Source of the DNA: Minisyncoccota bacterium
GTDB taxonomy: Bacteria; Patescibacteriota; Minisyncoccia; Phycocordibacterales; XYD1-FULL-46-19
DNA: 64,000 bases
Assembly (NCBI GenBank): GCA_041657405.1
Contig: JBBABX010000001.1
Span: 12,152 to 76,151 of the forward strand
Direction of reading: 5' to 3'
The position numbers were made by a program, and so were the translations under genes. The notes beneath the pieces were generated by a model. It searched no databases, had not been told where the DNA came from, and saw only the letters and a program-made list of their open reading frames with translations. Below, in pieces: positions 18,965 through 27,735 of the stretch (position 1 is its first letter; every line of letters starts with the position of its first letter).

Positions 18965-19687
18965 TCAGACTTGCACCGGAGCCGAAGATTCCGAGGGCTC
19001 CAGGTCTAAATTGCGGGAGAACACCTGGAAGCCGCCACGCCACCGAACCGGGCTCCCGACTGAGTCCGCACCGACGTCCCAGCCGCCGCCGCGCCAGTGC
19101 ACGAGGACCGCGCGAAGCACACCATTCTTGTCCCGAATGTAGAATATGTTGGAGAAGCCGTTGTCCAAGAGAACACCGTCTTCACCATTCTTCTGCTTCT
19201 CCATGAGGGAGAACATCTCCGCCAAGGTGGTTTCGGCTTTCGCTTCGCCACCAAGTTCGGTGATGATCGGACCATCAACCGAAGACTTCCGCAATTTGTG
19301 GTAGCGGAGCATCTGTTCGCTCTCCGGGTCTTCGGTTTTGCCGTCGCCAGAGAGGAACCAGTTGGTGAAGTTGTCGCCGAGGCTGGAACAAATACCTCCG
19401 TCTCTCTTCAACTTAAAGTAGTCCTTGTCGACGAACGGAACCGTGGTCGCGGGAATCACAACGGTGCCGACCGGTTTGAGCAAAAGCTCGGGTTTGGCCG
19501 GTTTAACAGGGACAACGGATGCTTGAGGAAGGAGGCAACCTGCCAGTTTCTCTCTGAGACCTTTTTGGTTGCTAGTCCATCCCTCGGCCGTTACCTGATC
19601 AATCTCCCCCGGGCGAGGAGCTTGGCGCAAAAGTGCTGCTTGAAATTCAATATACCACCCCGGGATTTCAGTTAAGGCTGTACTCAT
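18965..19687 (-). CDS. GC-rich paralog B: hypothetical protein with an FGE/C-type-lectin-like C-terminus (HWRGGGW...GGFQVFSR). Candidate DGR variable protein.
   Basis: A 240 aa GC-rich ORF. The core from PVGxVVIPATT to the C-terminus aligns with paralog A; the N-terminal ~60 aa are unrelated. Confidence 0.6.
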   Translation of the reverse strand: MSTALTEIPGWYIEFQAALLRQAPRPGEIDQVTAEGWTSNQKGLREKLAGCLLPQASVVPVKPAKPELLLKPVGTVVIPATTVPFVDKDYFKLKRDGGICSSLGDNFTNWFLSGDGKTEDPESEQMLRYHKLRKSSVDGPIITELGGEAKAETTLAEMFSLMEKQKNGEDGVLLDNGFSNIFYIRDKNGVLRAVLVHWRGGGWDVGADSVGSPVRWRGGFQVFSRNLDLEPSESSAPVQV

Positions 19688-19800
19688 GATGAGCTGTTCC
19701 TTTCTCCTATTGTTTCTTTGTTAATTTGGTACGGAAACAATTCCCATACCTTCTACCTATTATTATACGCCCAAACTCATCTTTTGTCAATGGTTTAATC
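19688..19800 (-). promoter_or_regulatory. Conserved promoter and 5' leader of paralog B.
   Basis: On the minus strand it reads TTGACA-17 nt-TATAAT, then a leader with purine-rich AGGAGAAAGGAA before the ATG. Confidence 0.55.
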
Positions 19801-19851
19801 CAATAGTGTCTCAAATTAAGTCTTTTTTGCTTCAAGCCCCAAGGTCCGTTT

Positions 19852-19898
19852 GGCTAGGTCCGTCCTAGACCAAAAAATGGTCTAGGACGGACCTGGCC
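19852..19898. terminator. 20 bp inverted repeat (ggctaggtccgtcctagacc / ggtctaggacggacctggcc) with loop aaaaaat, between murC and the paralog B promoter.
   Basis: Read directly from the sequence; one T/C difference between the arms (U-G in RNA). Confidence 0.5.
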
Positions 19899-19999
19899 AG
19901 ATTTGTTCTTTTTATTTTAATTTTTAAATTTTAATCTTTACCCCGTTAGAAATCAACCACTTTTTTTCCTCTTTGGGTTCTTTAAGAGTTTGCCATGCT

Positions 20000-21379
20000 T
20001 TATTTTGTCACCTTAAGTGTATGAAAGTCTCCATTTCTAACGGGGTTAACTTTCATCTCTTCCCCCACCTTATAGATATCCCCGGCGCCGATGGTCATTA
20101 TCAAATCACCCTCCCCTGTCTCGGTCTTTAGAGCTTCCGCGATTTCAACAAAACTAGTCAGGGCGCGCACATTGGGGTTTTTGACCGCGATAGCTCCAGC
20201 CAAAATTTCAGAACTAATGGTCGGATCGGCCGGTTCACGCGCGGCATAAATCGGCGCCAAAATAATCTCGTCGGCCAAGGCCAGTTTGTCGGCAAAATCT
20301 TCTTTTAAAATTTTGGTGCGACTGTATAAATGAGGCTGAAAAACCGCAATCAGTTTCCCAGTCATTTCACGCTCCGCCATAAACTCGCGCGCACCAGACA
20401 GGGTCGCCTCAAGCTCGGTTGGATGATGTGCGTAATCGTCATAGACCAAAGCACCGGTTTCCATTTCGCCTTTAAATTCAAATCGTCGCCAGGTCCCGGC
20501 AAAGTCACGCAAGGCTTCAATGGCAACTTTCTCATCAATCTGCAAGGTTTCCCCCACCGCCAAAACCGCGCTCGCGTTTAAGAGATTGTGCCGACCCGGG
20601 ACCGTCAGTCCAAAAGCTGATATTTTTTCAAAATATTTTTTGTAATCAATAATTGTCGCTTTCGCTTGCGCCAAAACCGGCTTTAAACGCGGATCATTTT
20701 TGTCACAAATCACAAAACCGTCCGCCGGCACCTTGGACGCAAACTCCGCAAAGGCCGACTGAATATCGACCAAGTCTTTGTAGTAGTCCAAGTGATCATT
20801 ATCAATATTGGTAATGACCGCAATCTTTGGTGACAAATTAAGAAACGATCGTTGATACTCGCAAGCCTCCACCACCAGATATTCGCTATTACCAGCGATA
20901 AAATTGGTTCCCCCCGAAAAAGCATCGTCCACACTCTTGCTTTTTAGCAAACTGCCAACCACCACCGTCGGTGACAGGTCGGCCGCCAACATCATTTCCG
21001 CCACCATGGCTGTGGTAGTAGTTTTGCCATGAGTGCCAGCGATGGCAATGGTATATTTTTCGGCCGAAATTAAACCAAGCGCTTGCGGATAAGTGAGGCA
21101 CGTAATTCCCTTAGTGTGCGCGGTCACCAATTCTGGATTATCATCAGGAATGGCAATAGTATAAACAACCAAGTCAATATCCGGCGCAATATTCTCGGCT
21201 ACTTGTTGATAAAAAATCTTAACGCCTAGTTTTTCCAGTTCTTCAGTCACAAAAGACGACGCGCGGTCTGAACCGGACACTTGTTTGCCCTCACCCAAAA
21301 ACATCCGCGCCAAAGCTGACATTCCGATACCGCCAATGCCGATAAAATGAATTTTTTGGCTGGTTGTGATGATGGACAT
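20000..21379 (-). CDS. murC: UDP-N-acetylmuramate--L-alanine ligase.
   Basis: N-terminus HFIGIGGIGMSALA, Mur ligase middle domain GTHGKTTTT, 459 aa. Confidence 0.85.
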   Translation of the reverse strand: MSIITTSQKIHFIGIGGIGMSALARMFLGEGKQVSGSDRASSFVTEELEKLGVKIFYQQVAENIAPDIDLVVYTIAIPDDNPELVTAHTKGITCLTYPQALGLISAEKYTIAIAGTHGKTTTTAMVAEMMLAADLSPTVVVGSLLKSKSVDDAFSGGTNFIAGNSEYLVVEACEYQRSFLNLSPKIAVITNIDNDHLDYYKDLVDIQSAFAEFASKVPADGFVICDKNDPRLKPVLAQAKATIIDYKKYFEKISAFGLTVPGRHNLLNASAVLAVGETLQIDEKVAIEALRDFAGTWRRFEFKGEMETGALVYDDYAHHPTELEATLSGAREFMAEREMTGKLIAVFQPHLYSRTKILKEDFADKLALADEIILAPIYAAREPADPTISSEILAGAIAVKNPNVRALTSFVEIAEALKTETGEGDLIMTIGAGDIYKVGEEMKVNPVRNGDFHTLKVTK

Positions 21380-21473
21380 TACCCTATTATAAGCTAAGCT
21401 TTTAAGCTTTTATAGTTGACCAAAGTTTTTATTATGTTATGGTGTGCAAAGATTTAACCAGGAGGAAAAAGGA

Positions 21474-21644
21474 TGGGCACAAAAACCAAGCCTCGGAATA
21501 TTTTTGACGAAGTTTCTGAATACTTCGACAAAAATGGTAGTCTGCCGACACATATCCCGCCTGAACATTTGAGGGAACTGCGTGACGCTGTGAACCCCAA
21601 GACCGCCCTCGGTAAGGCCCTATATAAAAACTACCCTTACTGAA
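21474..21644 (+). CDS. Small hypothetical protein (56 aa) missing from the ORF track.
   Basis: ATG preceded by CAGGAGGAAAAAGG (strong SD, 8 nt spacing). The ORF is MGTKTKPRNIFDEVSEYFDKNGSLPTHIPPEHLRELRDAVNPKTALGKALYKNYPY and is followed immediately by a rho-independent terminator. Confidence 0.35.
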
Positions 21645-21663
21645 AACGAAATTCCCTCTCGCC

Positions 21664-21693
21664 AAACCGACCTCTGTGGTCGGTTTATTTTTT
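21664..21693 (+). terminator. Rho-independent terminator (aaaccgacc-tctgt-ggtcggttt followed by a T-run).
   Basis: A 9 bp GC-containing stem, 5 nt loop, then T7. Confidence 0.55.
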
Positions 21694-22198
21694 AATTTAG
21701 ATCAGAGTGGTTGTATATCGCCAAAATCTCTCTGTAAGACAATTGATCTTTGTCGCCATATGTATAATGGTTTTTGGCAATGATTTTTTTCTCAGTACTA
21801 TTTGAGATCGCCATTTCATTACCTAAATAAAAACCGATATGTTGATGATTATGACTGTTATCCAGTGGCTTATCCCAAACAATAACACAACCCGGTTTTA
21901 GGTCATCGGTTTTTTCCCAACCGGCCTTTTCCAACGCCGTGATTGTCCCGTTAACCGTCGCATGTAAGCGATCAATCAATCCAAAAATCGCCAAGAGGCT
22001 CGATACATAAAAAGCACAGGAAAGTTTGCCGTCTTCCAGAATATCTTTCTCCTCACCATCCACTTTGGCATAGAGATGACGGAACATCTCAGTTCCCACG
22101 CTTGCCTCAATGACGGCCAAAAAAGATTTTAAAGTCAGTGGCTTAATTATTTTGTCTTTATTCTTCTCTTCCATTTTACATTTTAATTCCCTATTCAA
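21692..22198 (-). CDS. NlpC/P60 (C40)-like cysteine peptidase-domain protein. No signal peptide is evident.
   Basis: A Cys in LSCAFYVSSLL followed by HIGFYLGNEMAISNS, matching the NlpC/P60 Cys...His-x-G-I/F-Y-x-G arrangement. It sits between murC and murD. Confidence 0.45.
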   Translation of the reverse strand: MNRELKCKMEEKNKDKIIKPLTLKSFLAVIEASVGTEMFRHLYAKVDGEEKDILEDGKLSCAFYVSSLLAIFGLIDRLHATVNGTITALEKAGWEKTDDLKPGCVIVWDKPLDNSHNHQHIGFYLGNEMAISNSTEKKIIAKNHYTYGDKDQLSYREILAIYNHSDLN

Positions 22199-22212
22199 TA
22201 TTCCATATTCTA

Positions 22213-23610
22213 CTATATTCTCTTCACTTGCTTATTAAATTGATCCCCCCGATCGTACTCATTCTTGAACACCCCAAAACTCGCTGCGCCAGGCGACAAA
22301 AGCACAACATCTCCCCGCTTGGCCTTGGATTTAGCCCAAGCAAAAGCCTCTTTCATATTATCAAAAACCCTAATCGCCTCCCTGGAGAGGGTAACCCTCT
22401 CCTCAGAGCCCTGGAGAGGGTTACCCTCTCCAGGGCCTCCTTCTGTTAAGAATTTTAGGATTTTATCAGTCGCCGTACCACGAAACAGCGCCAGGGCTTT
22501 GATATTTTGTCTGACCACTTTGATATAAGTAGTGTAGTCCAGATTTTTGTCGGCTCCGCCACCTAACAAAATAATTTTGCCTTTGTACTTTTTGAGCGCT
22601 TCTAAGGCGGCCAAGACCGCATCCGGCGTGGTGGCATTGGTGTCGTTATAATATTTGACTCCGCCTTTGTCGGCAATTAATTCCAACCGCCCCGACAAGC
22701 CCGGAAACTCGGCAATCGCTTTTTTGCTAATCTTGTCAGGTACACCCAGTTCGCGCGCGGCCGCAACGGCTAGGGCAATGTTCTCTACATTATGTTCGCC
22801 CAGCAAGTTGTGTTTCCAACTGGCTGGCAAATCACTTTTTTTGATAATTTTAAATCGCCCTTTAATACCCGCCTTGTCTTTTTCTTTAATCACCTTGGCG
22901 GCTTGCGGTCGCGCGAGCAAAATATCAGCTTTAGTTTGCCAACGATAAATATTCGCCTTGTCGGCAAAATACTTTTCCATGCTGTCCTTATAGTAATTTT
23001 GATGGTCATTCAAAAAAGTGGTAAACAAGGCAAGGTGTGGACTAATCCGGCTTTCGCCAAAACCTTGCAATTGCCAGGAATCAAGTTCCATCACGACAAA
23101 ATCGCCTGGTTTAACTTTTTTAAGCAAAGGCAAAGTTGCAATTCCCTTAACATTACCTCCTAAATAAACCCTCTTATCACCAAAATTTTCTTTTAAAATT
23201 TCACATAATAAATGAGTCACCATACTCTTGCCACGCGTGCCAGTTACACCAACAATTTTTACTCCGGCTGGTGCTAATTTTACAAAAAGCGAGGCATCCA
23301 TTTCTACTGAGATTTTGCATTTCTTGGCCTCGGCAATAAACGGCGAATCAAGTGGCACACCAGCAGCTTTAATTATCATGTCGCGGTCTTGAAAATCTTT
23401 AAGTTTATGTTCGCCAAGAATATATTTTATATTTTTGAAACTAGTTAGTTTTTTGAGCGAAGGAGCCAATTGTTCTTTTGTCTTCAAATCAGTCACAACC
23501 AGATCGGCATTATTTTCGGCCAAAAACTTAACCACCCCAATCCCCCTTCCCAAGAGACCAAGACCCATCACGGTGATTTTTCGCCCTTGAAAATAACTTT
23601 TATAGTCCAT
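22213..23610 (-). CDS. murD: UDP-N-acetylmuramoylalanine--D-glutamate ligase, carrying an in-frame REP-derived insertion near the C-terminus.
   Basis: N-terminus KITVMGLGLLGRGIG and VGVTGTRGKS. The start is set at MDYKSYF because the track ORF extends into the tRNA. Confidence 0.8.
   Translation of the reverse strand: MDYKSYFQGRKITVMGLGLLGRGIGVVKFLAENNADLVVTDLKTKEQLAPSLKKLTSFKNIKYILGEHKLKDFQDRDMIIKAAGVPLDSPFIAEAKKCKISVEMDASLFVKLAPAGVKIVGVTGTRGKSMVTHLLCEILKENFGDKRVYLGGNVKGIATLPLLKKVKPGDFVVMELDSWQLQGFGESRISPHLALFTTFLNDHQNYYKDSMEKYFADKANIYRWQTKADILLARPQAAKVIKEKDKAGIKGRFKIIKKSDLPASWKHNLLGEHNVENIALAVAAARELGVPDKISKKAIAEFPGLSGRLELIADKGGVKYYNDTNATTPDAVLAALEALKKYKGKIILLGGGADKNLDYTTYIKVVRQNIKALALFRGTATDKILKFLTEGGPGEGNPLQGSEERVTLSREAIRVFDNMKEAFAWAKSKAKRGDVVLLSPGAASFGVFKNEYDRGDQFNKQVKRI
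22381..22437. repeat. REP-like palindromic doublet (ggagagggtaaccctctcc and ctggagagggttaccctctccag) inserted inside the murD coding sequence.
   Basis: Hairpin units with a 7 bp stem (GAGAGGG/CCCTCTC) and a 3 nt loop. The same 19-21 nt unit flanks the Y1 transposase at 47.7 and 48.5 kb. murD reads through as GPGEGNPLQGSEERVTLSREAIRV. Confidence 0.6.
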
Positions 23611-23669
23611 AAAGAACATTTTAGCACAAGAAAAACTTAGGTAAAAACTCCGCCGAAGCGGGGTTCCTG

Positions 23670-23743
23670 TGCGCATGGTAGGACTCGAACCTACGACCTC
23701 GTCATTATCAGTGACGCGCTCTAACCACCTGAGCTACACGCGC
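23670..23743 (-). tRNA. tRNA-Ile (anticodon GAT).
   Basis: A cloverleaf folded by hand: acceptor GCGCGTG/CATGCGC, D-arm GCTC-AGGTGGTTA-GAGC, anticodon loop CTGATAA, T-arm GTAGG-TTCGAGT-CCTAC, discriminator A, CCA not encoded. Confidence 0.8.
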
Positions 23744-23829
23744 AAAATTTAAGCCAAAAGTTAAGAATAAAAAATCTTAACTCCGACTTTCCTTAGGAAT
23801 ATACCAAAAAAACAAGTCAAAAACAAGTC

Positions 23830-23861
23830 AAAAAAGACCCGCATCAATTGTGACACGGGTC
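23830..23861 (-). terminator. Rho-independent terminator of the 23883..24215 gene (gacccg...cgggtc followed by T6 on the minus strand).
   Basis: A 6 bp GC stem with a 14 nt loop, followed by TTTTTTG on the transcribed strand. Confidence 0.4.
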
Positions 23862-23882
23862 AAGAGGAATGTAACAAAGAAT

Positions 23883-24215
23883 TTATCTGAACCCTTTGTC
23901 ACGAAGTCGTTCGGCCTCCATTTCTTCATTAGAGGCATTGGGCCTCCAATATGGGGACACAACTAAAACCCGAAATTTCTCAGGTTCTCCAAACCTTGAA
24001 ACGTAAGATTGGTAATCATATTCCACCAATTTTCCGTCTTCCGAGATTCTTACCCCTAGACGGTTATCTAGAGAATCAATAAGAACCTCTGGTTGGTTCA
24101 GAACTTGAAAATAGATGGTGAAAAAGATCCCTGCAATAACTAACAGGCCAATTACCGAAACACCATCAAAAAGAAGCTCTCTGGTTTTCATTTTTTCTCT
24201 CCTTTTTTTACTCAA
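23883..24215 (-). CDS. Hypothetical small membrane-anchored protein.
   Basis: A 110 aa ORF with an N-terminal TM helix and no recognisable motif. Confidence 0.3.
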   Translation of the reverse strand: MSKKRREKMKTRELLFDGVSVIGLLVIAGIFFTIYFQVLNQPEVLIDSLDNRLGVRISEDGKLVEYDYQSYVSRFGEPEKFRVLVVSPYWRPNASNEEMEAERLRDKGFR

Positions 24216-24319
24216 AATCCATTCTAAGTTTAATTATATCATAATCAGTCTTAAAAGTCAACTAAAATTTAAAACCTTTGGAGACCAAAAAACCGTTTGG
24301 AACAAAGTTCCAAACGGTT

Positions 24320-24535
24320 TCAGGGTTGTTTAGACTTCAAACCTAATCTTAAATCATACAGATATTGATTTAGACCATAACCAGGTCTTCTGGCTACAAG
24401 AAAATAGTTACGACGGCGCTGAACAAATTTAGCGCACACTCCGCAAAAAATTTTATCTTCACCATCAGCCCTGATTATCGCTCCCCATTCGGACCCAAAG
24501 AGTTTCCCACACTTTGAACATCGTGCCATGCTCAT
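24320..24535 (-). CDS. Small zinc-ribbon protein (CxxC...CxxC).
   Basis: MARCSKCGK...CGVCAK, 71 aa. Preceded by AAGGAGG 6 nt upstream of the ATG. Confidence 0.4.
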   Translation of the reverse strand: MSMARCSKCGKLFGSEWGAIIRADGEDKIFCGVCAKFVQRRRNYFLVARRPGYGLNQYLYDLRLGLKSKQP

Positions 24536-24630
24536 TTCAACCTCCTTGTTTTGTAAATCTTAGGTCTGGAAGAACTTTCTATTTTTATCATAAAATTTTT
24601 TAACTCATTAAGCAACAATGTCTAACCAAT

Positions 24631-24661
24631 AAAAACACCTTTTTTTCAGGAGGTGTTTTTT
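24631..24661. terminator. Hairpin flanked by A and T runs (aaaaacacct...aggtgttttt). Probable terminator downstream of the 16S rRNA.
   Basis: An inverted repeat flanked by A5 and T5, about 220 nt beyond the 16S 3' end. Confidence 0.4.
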
Positions 24662-24877
24662 GTTTAAGCATTACAATTTTTTTAGGATATTATCTTTTCT
24701 TCTGTTCCGTTTCCCAATTTAACGATTAAGGGGTATCGAGTTCCTTGTTGTTTCGATTTCTTCGAAAAAAACCGAAAGAGTGCGGAGAACTATCACTCTC
24801 GCCATGTCAATAAATTGACATGGCGATCGACCAGTCAGGCCATTAGCCGTTAAACGGCAAGATCTGACCAGTTCAAT

Positions 24878-26372
<1,495 letters not shown>

Positions 26373-26831
26373 AAAAATATCCGCTTTTTGCTAAAGCTTA
26401 AGCAAGATATTGAAATTTGCATCACTTATAATAGTGGCAAATTTCATAAACGGAACAGAAGAAAAAATAATATTGCTTCTGAGATTTGGCTTTTTCTCGG
26501 TTACTGACACCGAGAAAAGTATTTTGCTGACTTTGCCTTGTCAGTGTTCATCCAGAACACAGATAGGCTTCAGCTTTTACTTGTTTCCAAGTTAAGCTGA
26601 TTTTGTAATGCTTTGATATTAAATTGACAATGAACCCAACAAACGACTATTTATTTATAGCCTTGTTTCTTATTATATATAGTAAAAACAGAAAGTCAAC
26701 CCTGTAAACCGAGAACGACAACGACCAAGAATTTATGGTCTTCAAACTCAAATAAATCAATCAGTAAAAAAATAAGGACTCTTCCTAAAATGACTGTTAT
26801 TAATTTAATAGGACAAACTAATCAAAATTAT

Positions 26832-27731
26832 TTAATTTTTTTTAGTTTGCCAAACTTGCCAACTAACTAAAAGATTGGAAGCAATAAAGACTGAAGAATA
26901 TGTGCCGATAATCATACCCACCAAAAGAATTAAAGCAAAGTAAAAAGTAGAAGCTGGGCCAAATATCAATAAAGCCGTCAAAACAGCAACGATAACAATT
27001 GTTGTGTTGATTGACCGAATATAAGTTTCGCGCAAACTAACCCCTACAACTTCTTCAAATTTAACATTTGGATGTCGATGAAGATTTTCCCGAATTCGAT
27101 CAAAAACCACAATTGTATCATTTACTGACAAACCTAGAATAGTCAAAAGGGCAGTCAGAAAAAGAGCATCGGCTTCTGCTCCTTGAAAATGTCCAAGCAA
27201 AGCCATCGCTCCAGCTGAAATTATTACGTCATGGGACAGAGCGACAATTGCCGTCATTCCATATTTCCAAGACTTTACAAAATGTCTGGAAACTTGACGA
27301 AAGACAAACGCAATATACAGAATAATCAACAACGCCACTAGCACAATGGCGATTAGCCCCTTATTGCGAAGCTCTTTACCTAAAGTCGGACCAATATCGC
27401 TAAATCTTTCTTGGGTAAAAGTTTCTTTACCCTCAAAAGTTAGAACATCAAACAAAACATCTTTTTCAGTTTCAGAAATATTTCGTAATTTAAAAGTATA
27501 ACTTTGTTCACCAGTAGGTTGGATTAAAACATTTCCCCAATCTAATTTTTCAACAGCAGTTGATACTTTATCAAATTCTGGTCTTTCTTCCTGGTATTTT
27601 ATTTCAATCAATGTGCCCCCGGTAAAATCTATCCCCAAATTAAGTCCATAATGGATAATCGCAAAAATTGACAGGGTCAACATTGCTAATGAGAGAACAT
27701 AAAATATTTTTCTGTGTTTAACGATCATCAT
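26832..27731 (-). CDS. secF: Protein-export membrane protein SecF.
   Basis: Immediately downstream of secD, with SecD/F-family TM topology. The start is set at the internal MMIVKHRK. Confidence 0.75.
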   Translation of the reverse strand: MMIVKHRKIFYVLSLAMLTLSIFAIIHYGLNLGIDFTGGTLIEIKYQEERPEFDKVSTAVEKLDWGNVLIQPTGEQSYTFKLRNISETEKDVLFDVLTFEGKETFTQERFSDIGPTLGKELRNKGLIAIVLVALLIILYIAFVFRQVSRHFVKSWKYGMTAIVALSHDVIISAGAMALLGHFQGAEADALFLTALLTILGLSVNDTIVVFDRIRENLHRHPNVKFEEVVGVSLRETYIRSINTTIVIVAVLTALLIFGPASTFYFALILLVGMIIGTYSSVFIASNLLVSWQVWQTKKN

Positions 27732-27735
27732 ATTT

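Noticed and set aside
15659-19990. A complete DGR (RT + TR + VR) located in this window.
   Set aside because: No ORF with reverse-transcriptase motifs (YxDD, about 300+ aa) exists anywhere in the six-frame track. No third copy of the ~140 nt variable segment was found. Only the target-like genes are present.
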